A stretch of DNA of 64,000 nucleotides from positions 1 to 64,000 of the forward strand of contig JBMNFL010000001.1 in assembly GCA_050949315.1 (NCBI GenBank), written 5' to 3'. Origin of the DNA: Bacilli bacterium. Lineage in GTDB: Bacteria; Bacillota_I; Bacilli_A; RFN20; UBA1709. Shown piece by piece: positions 60,830 through 64,000 of the stretch. Every line of letters starts with the position of its first letter. The first letter of the stretch is position 1. The notes beneath the pieces are model-generated. The model made no database searches. It was not told the origin of the DNA and saw nothing but the letters and a program-made list of their open reading frames with translations. Position numbers and translations under genes: made by a program.

Positions 60830-61735
60830 ATGAAAAAACTACATGATGTTTTACAACAATTAAAAGAAACCGGACATTACCTAATTGATACGGAAAACAA
60901 ACAGGTTTTGACCAGAGAACAGATTGGTGAAATGATTTCTAACGATTATATTGAGGCGGTTGAGTGTCTAGAAGACAATTCATTTATGGAAACTTTCCAG
61001 GTAGCTGATCAGCCGATGGCAGATCTTCTTCAAACTTTAGAGAGCAAATATGAAAAGCCCGAACAAATTCTATTTTATCTTCAATATGAATTAAGCCCCA
61101 ATTTGCCTTTTAGTTATCGTGAAATCGTTTATCGTGATGTTCAATCAATGGGCAACGCTATTTTAACTGATAAAGCGGAGAAGGAAACAATTTTAGAGGC
61201 GATGAAATTAAAGATGTTCTCCTTTTATGCTCGTTACAAAGAGTTAGATGCTGCCAAAGAAAAGATTGTGGAGCAGATTGATTTTGCCGAGAATTATATT
61301 ATTAAGCATCAAGATATAGCTTACTATCTTTTAGGTTACATCCTAGCGGATCGTAACTATTACAAATATGGGCGTCGAAAGTTTAAGTCCCTAGTGGTTT
61401 TCTATTCCTATTTGGTTGAAAAGAAAAAGTTATTATCTTTCTCGAAACGCATTGATGACGATTTGCTTTTCATGGCTTGGCTTTACTATCTAGGTCATGC
61501 TGAAATTATTGAAAAGTGGAAAGAAGAAGTTAATCGAGTTACAGAATTAGAATTTAGTGTTCTACACAAGTATGATGATGTCGGAGCTTTAAAACCCGAT
61601 CCTCTTAAATTAGAAAAAGATCGTGCCAAAGCTCAAAAGCTTAAAGAAAAAGAAGCTAGGAAGCAACAAGAAGCTGAAGAGGAAAAAGCCGTTCAACGTG
61701 TCACGGTTGAAAGAGTTAAGGAAAAAAAGAAATAG
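60830..61735 (+). CDS. Hypothetical helical protein with charged C-tail
   Basis: RBS AGGAGG; ATG at 60830. Confidence 0.75.
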   Translation: MKKLHDVLQQLKETGHYLIDTENKQVLTREQIGEMISNDYIEAVECLEDNSFMETFQVADQPMADLLQTLESKYEKPEQILFYLQYELSPNLPFSYREIVYRDVQSMGNAILTDKAEKETILEAMKLKMFSFYARYKELDAAKEKIVEQIDFAENYIIKHQDIAYYLLGYILADRNYYKYGRRKFKSLVVFYSYLVEKKKLLSFSKRIDDDLLFMAWLYYLGHAEIIEKWKEEVNRVTELEFSVLHKYDDVGALKPDPLKLEKDRAKAQKLKEKEARKQQEAEEEKAVQRVTVERVKEKKK

Positions 61736-61757
61736 AAGCAGGTGCCCCTGCTTCTTT
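61734..61757. terminator. Bidirectional terminator
   Basis: AGAAGCAGG-TGCC-CCTGCTTCT. Confidence 0.75.
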
Positions 61758-62748
61758 ATTTTCGATTTAGACCAAGTCTTTTGTAGACGCGGCTTAAAGT
61801 TTTGCGGGCTACAGATTGCGCCCTAGTAGCTCCTTCATCAAGCACTTGATCAAGGATTTTGCTTTCCATAATTTGCTGATAATTAGCTTGCAAGTTTTTT
61901 AGAAAAACTTCAACCGCATCGGCTACAGCTTTTTTAAATTCGCCATAGTTAGCACTTGCAAATTGTTTTTCCAAATCTGGGATGCTCTTATTTTCTAAAC
62001 AAGACATAATAGTTAGAAGATTAGAAATTCCCGGTTTATTGAGCGGATCATAATGAATGCTTGTTTCTGAATCGGTAACTGCACTCATGATTTTTTTGCG
62101 AGCGACTTTAGGCTCATCTAATAAATAGATACAGCCTTTATCGTCATCTTCTTCAGATTTTGACATTTTTTTGTCAGGATTTGATAAGGACATAATCCTT
62201 GCTCCAAATTCGGCAATTAAGGGTTTAGGAACGGTAAAGGTTGCACCAAAACGATTGTTAAAGCGCTGTGCAATATCCCTTGTTAGTTCAACGTGTTGTT
62301 TTTGATCTTCACCAACGGGAACATAATCGCTATCGTAAAGAAGGATATCCGCGGCCATTAAAGTAGGGTAGGTAAATAAACCAACATTATGATTTCCTTT
62401 TTTTTCTTTTTGCATTTTATCTTTATATTGGGTCATTCGGGCTAATTCACCCATGTAAGTATGGCAGTTTAAAATGAAGGCAAGATTGGCATGTTCTAAA
62501 ACGTCTGTTTGCATAAAAAGAGTGACTCTTTTGGGATCAAGACCGCTGGCGAGAAATAAAGCTGCGACGTCTCGACTGTTTTTTCTTAATTCTTGGCGCT
62601 CATTAGGAACGGTCACAGCATGCATGTTCGCCACAAAAATATAGAGCTCATACTCATCTTGATATTCAAGAAAATGCTTAATTGCTCCTAGATAATTGCC
62701 AATAGTTAGTTGACCGGTTGGTTTAATACCACTTAACATTCTTTTCAT
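61756..62748 (-). CDS. trpS: Tryptophan-tRNA ligase
   Basis: TIGN, YPTLMAADIL, VPVGEDQKQH and KMSKS motifs. Confidence 0.98.
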   Translation of the reverse strand: MKRMLSGIKPTGQLTIGNYLGAIKHFLEYQDEYELYIFVANMHAVTVPNERQELRKNSRDVAALFLASGLDPKRVTLFMQTDVLEHANLAFILNCHTYMGELARMTQYKDKMQKEKKGNHNVGLFTYPTLMAADILLYDSDYVPVGEDQKQHVELTRDIAQRFNNRFGATFTVPKPLIAEFGARIMSLSNPDKKMSKSEEDDDKGCIYLLDEPKVARKKIMSAVTDSETSIHYDPLNKPGISNLLTIMSCLENKSIPDLEKQFASANYGEFKKAVADAVEVFLKNLQANYQQIMESKILDQVLDEGATRAQSVARKTLSRVYKRLGLNRK

Positions 62749-62765
62749 TTTAAAGCCTCCTTTAA

Positions 62766-62950
62766 ATAAAAAAACACCATAATTAGGGACGAATTTCTCG
62801 TGGTGCCACCCTTTTTCACTCTTACGAGCCTCTTTTTTTCGATAACGGGAAAAGCGACATTAATCTCTGATAGCCCAACTTCACAAATTTGTCTAGTAAT
62901 TTCCAGCAGCCATTACCTTCCTAAAAGACGAGAACTTGCTAAAATCTATC
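62766..62950 (-). ncRNA. T-box riboswitch (Trp)
   Basis: AGGGTGGCACCACG T-box (62799-62812) with antiterminator CGTCCCT; stem I has a TGG specifier codon (62875-62877). Confidence 0.9.
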
Positions 62951-62963
62951 TAATGTATTTCTA

Positions 62964-62992
62964 ATTTTAATATCAAAAGAAGCTAAAGTCAA
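62964..62992 (-). promoter_or_regulatory. Sigma-A promoter of T-box/trpS
   Basis: TTGACT, 17 nt, TAAAAT on the minus strand. Confidence 0.7.
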
Positions 62993-63020
62993 ATGTCAGT
63001 TGACTAGTTTTTACTATAAT

Positions 63021-64000
63021 TGTGTTAGGTTGCAAATGATGTGAGACGTTTCTTACATCTTATCTCACCAGTAGTTTGAACCAATTCAATTAACTTTTCA
63101 AGTTCCACTTCATTAGGTGTTTTAAATTTAAGAACAAGCTTAGGTAAATTGTTGTATCTTTTGTTCCATAATTTACCTTGATATCTAAGATCATCGAGGG
63201 AATAAAATTTTAAATGTTTATAGAATTTATCTTGATCAATTCGATGACTTCTTTCTACCTTACCATTATGTTGGGGGGTTCTAGGCCTTATCAAGTGATG
63301 ATTTATATGGTTTGTTCTACAAAATCTTTCTAAATAGTTTTCATATTTTCTAACATTCACGCCCTTATTTTTGCGGCGAACTTTATCAGTGAATTCCACA
63401 CCATTGTCTGTTTGAATTTCCTTTGGAAAACAACCTATTTTCTTATAAGCGAAGATCAAAGCCTGAACACTTTCATACATTGAATGTTCGGCCGTGAAAT
63501 AAAGAACTCTTTTTCGTGAACATTCATCTAAGATAGTGTATTGATAAAATCGACCTTCCAAACTATCAATTTTGCATTCTTTGGGAACATATTTAACATC
63601 CATTTGCCATTTTTCATGAACCATTTTGGGCGTATGGTATTGTTTGTCATGCTTTTTAGGATTTGGTTTGTAGGGAACAAATTCTTCATTTCTTTTAAAG
63701 GTTCTTAGAACACTAGATGGCGAGATATCTATACCATCATGTTTTAATCTAACCCATATTTCAACAAATGATTGATCAGGATTTCTTCTGTGGAGATCTA
63801 GTATTCTCTTAACAATATTCGCTTTTAATTTATTAGGATGATCCGATAAAGGCCTATGTGATCGATTTAATAACGATTCTTTACTTCCATCAAATCGCTT
63901 TAACCAACGATATAACGAACTCCTTTTAACGTGATAAAAAGATAGAATTTTTCTTATTGGCCAGGACGAAACCGTCCTCCTTAAGCAGGCGTGTAATTTT
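63021..64000 (-). mobile_element. IS481-family insertion sequence (partial)
   Basis: TGT-initiated end at ~63021 overlapping the transposase stop; DDE integrase-core transposase. Confidence 0.8.
63025..63999 (-). CDS. IS481-family transposase (5' end outside window)
   Basis: Frame open to the window edge: SSLYRWLKRFDG..SL..RSHRP (HTH), WQMDVK, QTDNGVEF and TPQHNGKVERSH. Confidence 0.9.
   Translation of the reverse strand, partial: KLHACLRRTVSSWPIRKILSFYHVKRSSLYRWLKRFDGSKESLLNRSHRPLSDHPNKLKANIVKRILDLHRRNPDQSFVEIWVRLKHDGIDISPSSVLRTFKRNEEFVPYKPNPKKHDKQYHTPKMVHEKWQMDVKYVPKECKIDSLEGRFYQYTILDECSRKRVLYFTAEHSMYESVQALIFAYKKIGCFPKEIQTDNGVEFTDKVRRKNKGVNVRKYENYLERFCRTNHINHHLIRPRTPQHNGKVERSHRIDQDKFYKHLKFYSLDDLRYQGKLWNKRYNNLPKLVLKFKTPNEVELEKLIELVQTTGEIRCKKRLTSFAT

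Noticed and set aside
1-64000. Genetic code 4 (UGA=Trp), CRISPR array, prophage or rRNA
   Set aside because: Conserved genes end correctly at TGA and have no internal TGA. I saw no repeat-spacer array, phage structural genes or rRNA sequence.

Overview
A 64-kb chromosomal window from a low-GC Bacillota (Bacilli-like) bacterium, probably an anaerobe. It uses the standard genetic code, since TGA acts as a stop in truB, ribF and sufS. Most of the window is housekeeping: Na/Pi cotransporter, superoxide reductase cluster, yggS, mscS, arcA-arcB, chromate transporter pair, ttcA, truB-ribF, rpsO-pnp, tsaC, pepT, rpiB-glyA-upp, a Na+-type V/A-ATPase operon, cyclophilin, recX, yhaM, hit, sufCDSUB, tRNA-Ser(GGA), an RluA-family synthase, T-box-trpS, and an IS481-family element at the right edge. 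The main unusual features are: (1) a compact c-di-GMP circuit, with an XRE-PAS-GGDEF cyclase gene directly followed by a c-di-GMP-I riboswitch/terminator controlling two secreted proteins with SipW-type 'AWF' leaders; (2) the larger of these (1672 aa) has seven beta-trefoil-like repeats that look nested, with missing last strands supplied by a return arm; (3) a membrane-anchored uracil-DNA-glycosylase-fold protein with both catalytic residues replaced; (4) an ABC-type ATPase + TOPRIM pair overlapping tsaC; (5) an arginine deiminase operon with a group IV decarboxylase where carbamate kinase is usually found; (6) tandem CarD-like and tandem PrsA-like paralogues; (7) an AT-rich AbiE toxin-antitoxin islet. 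All calls come from reading motifs by eye; no searches were run.
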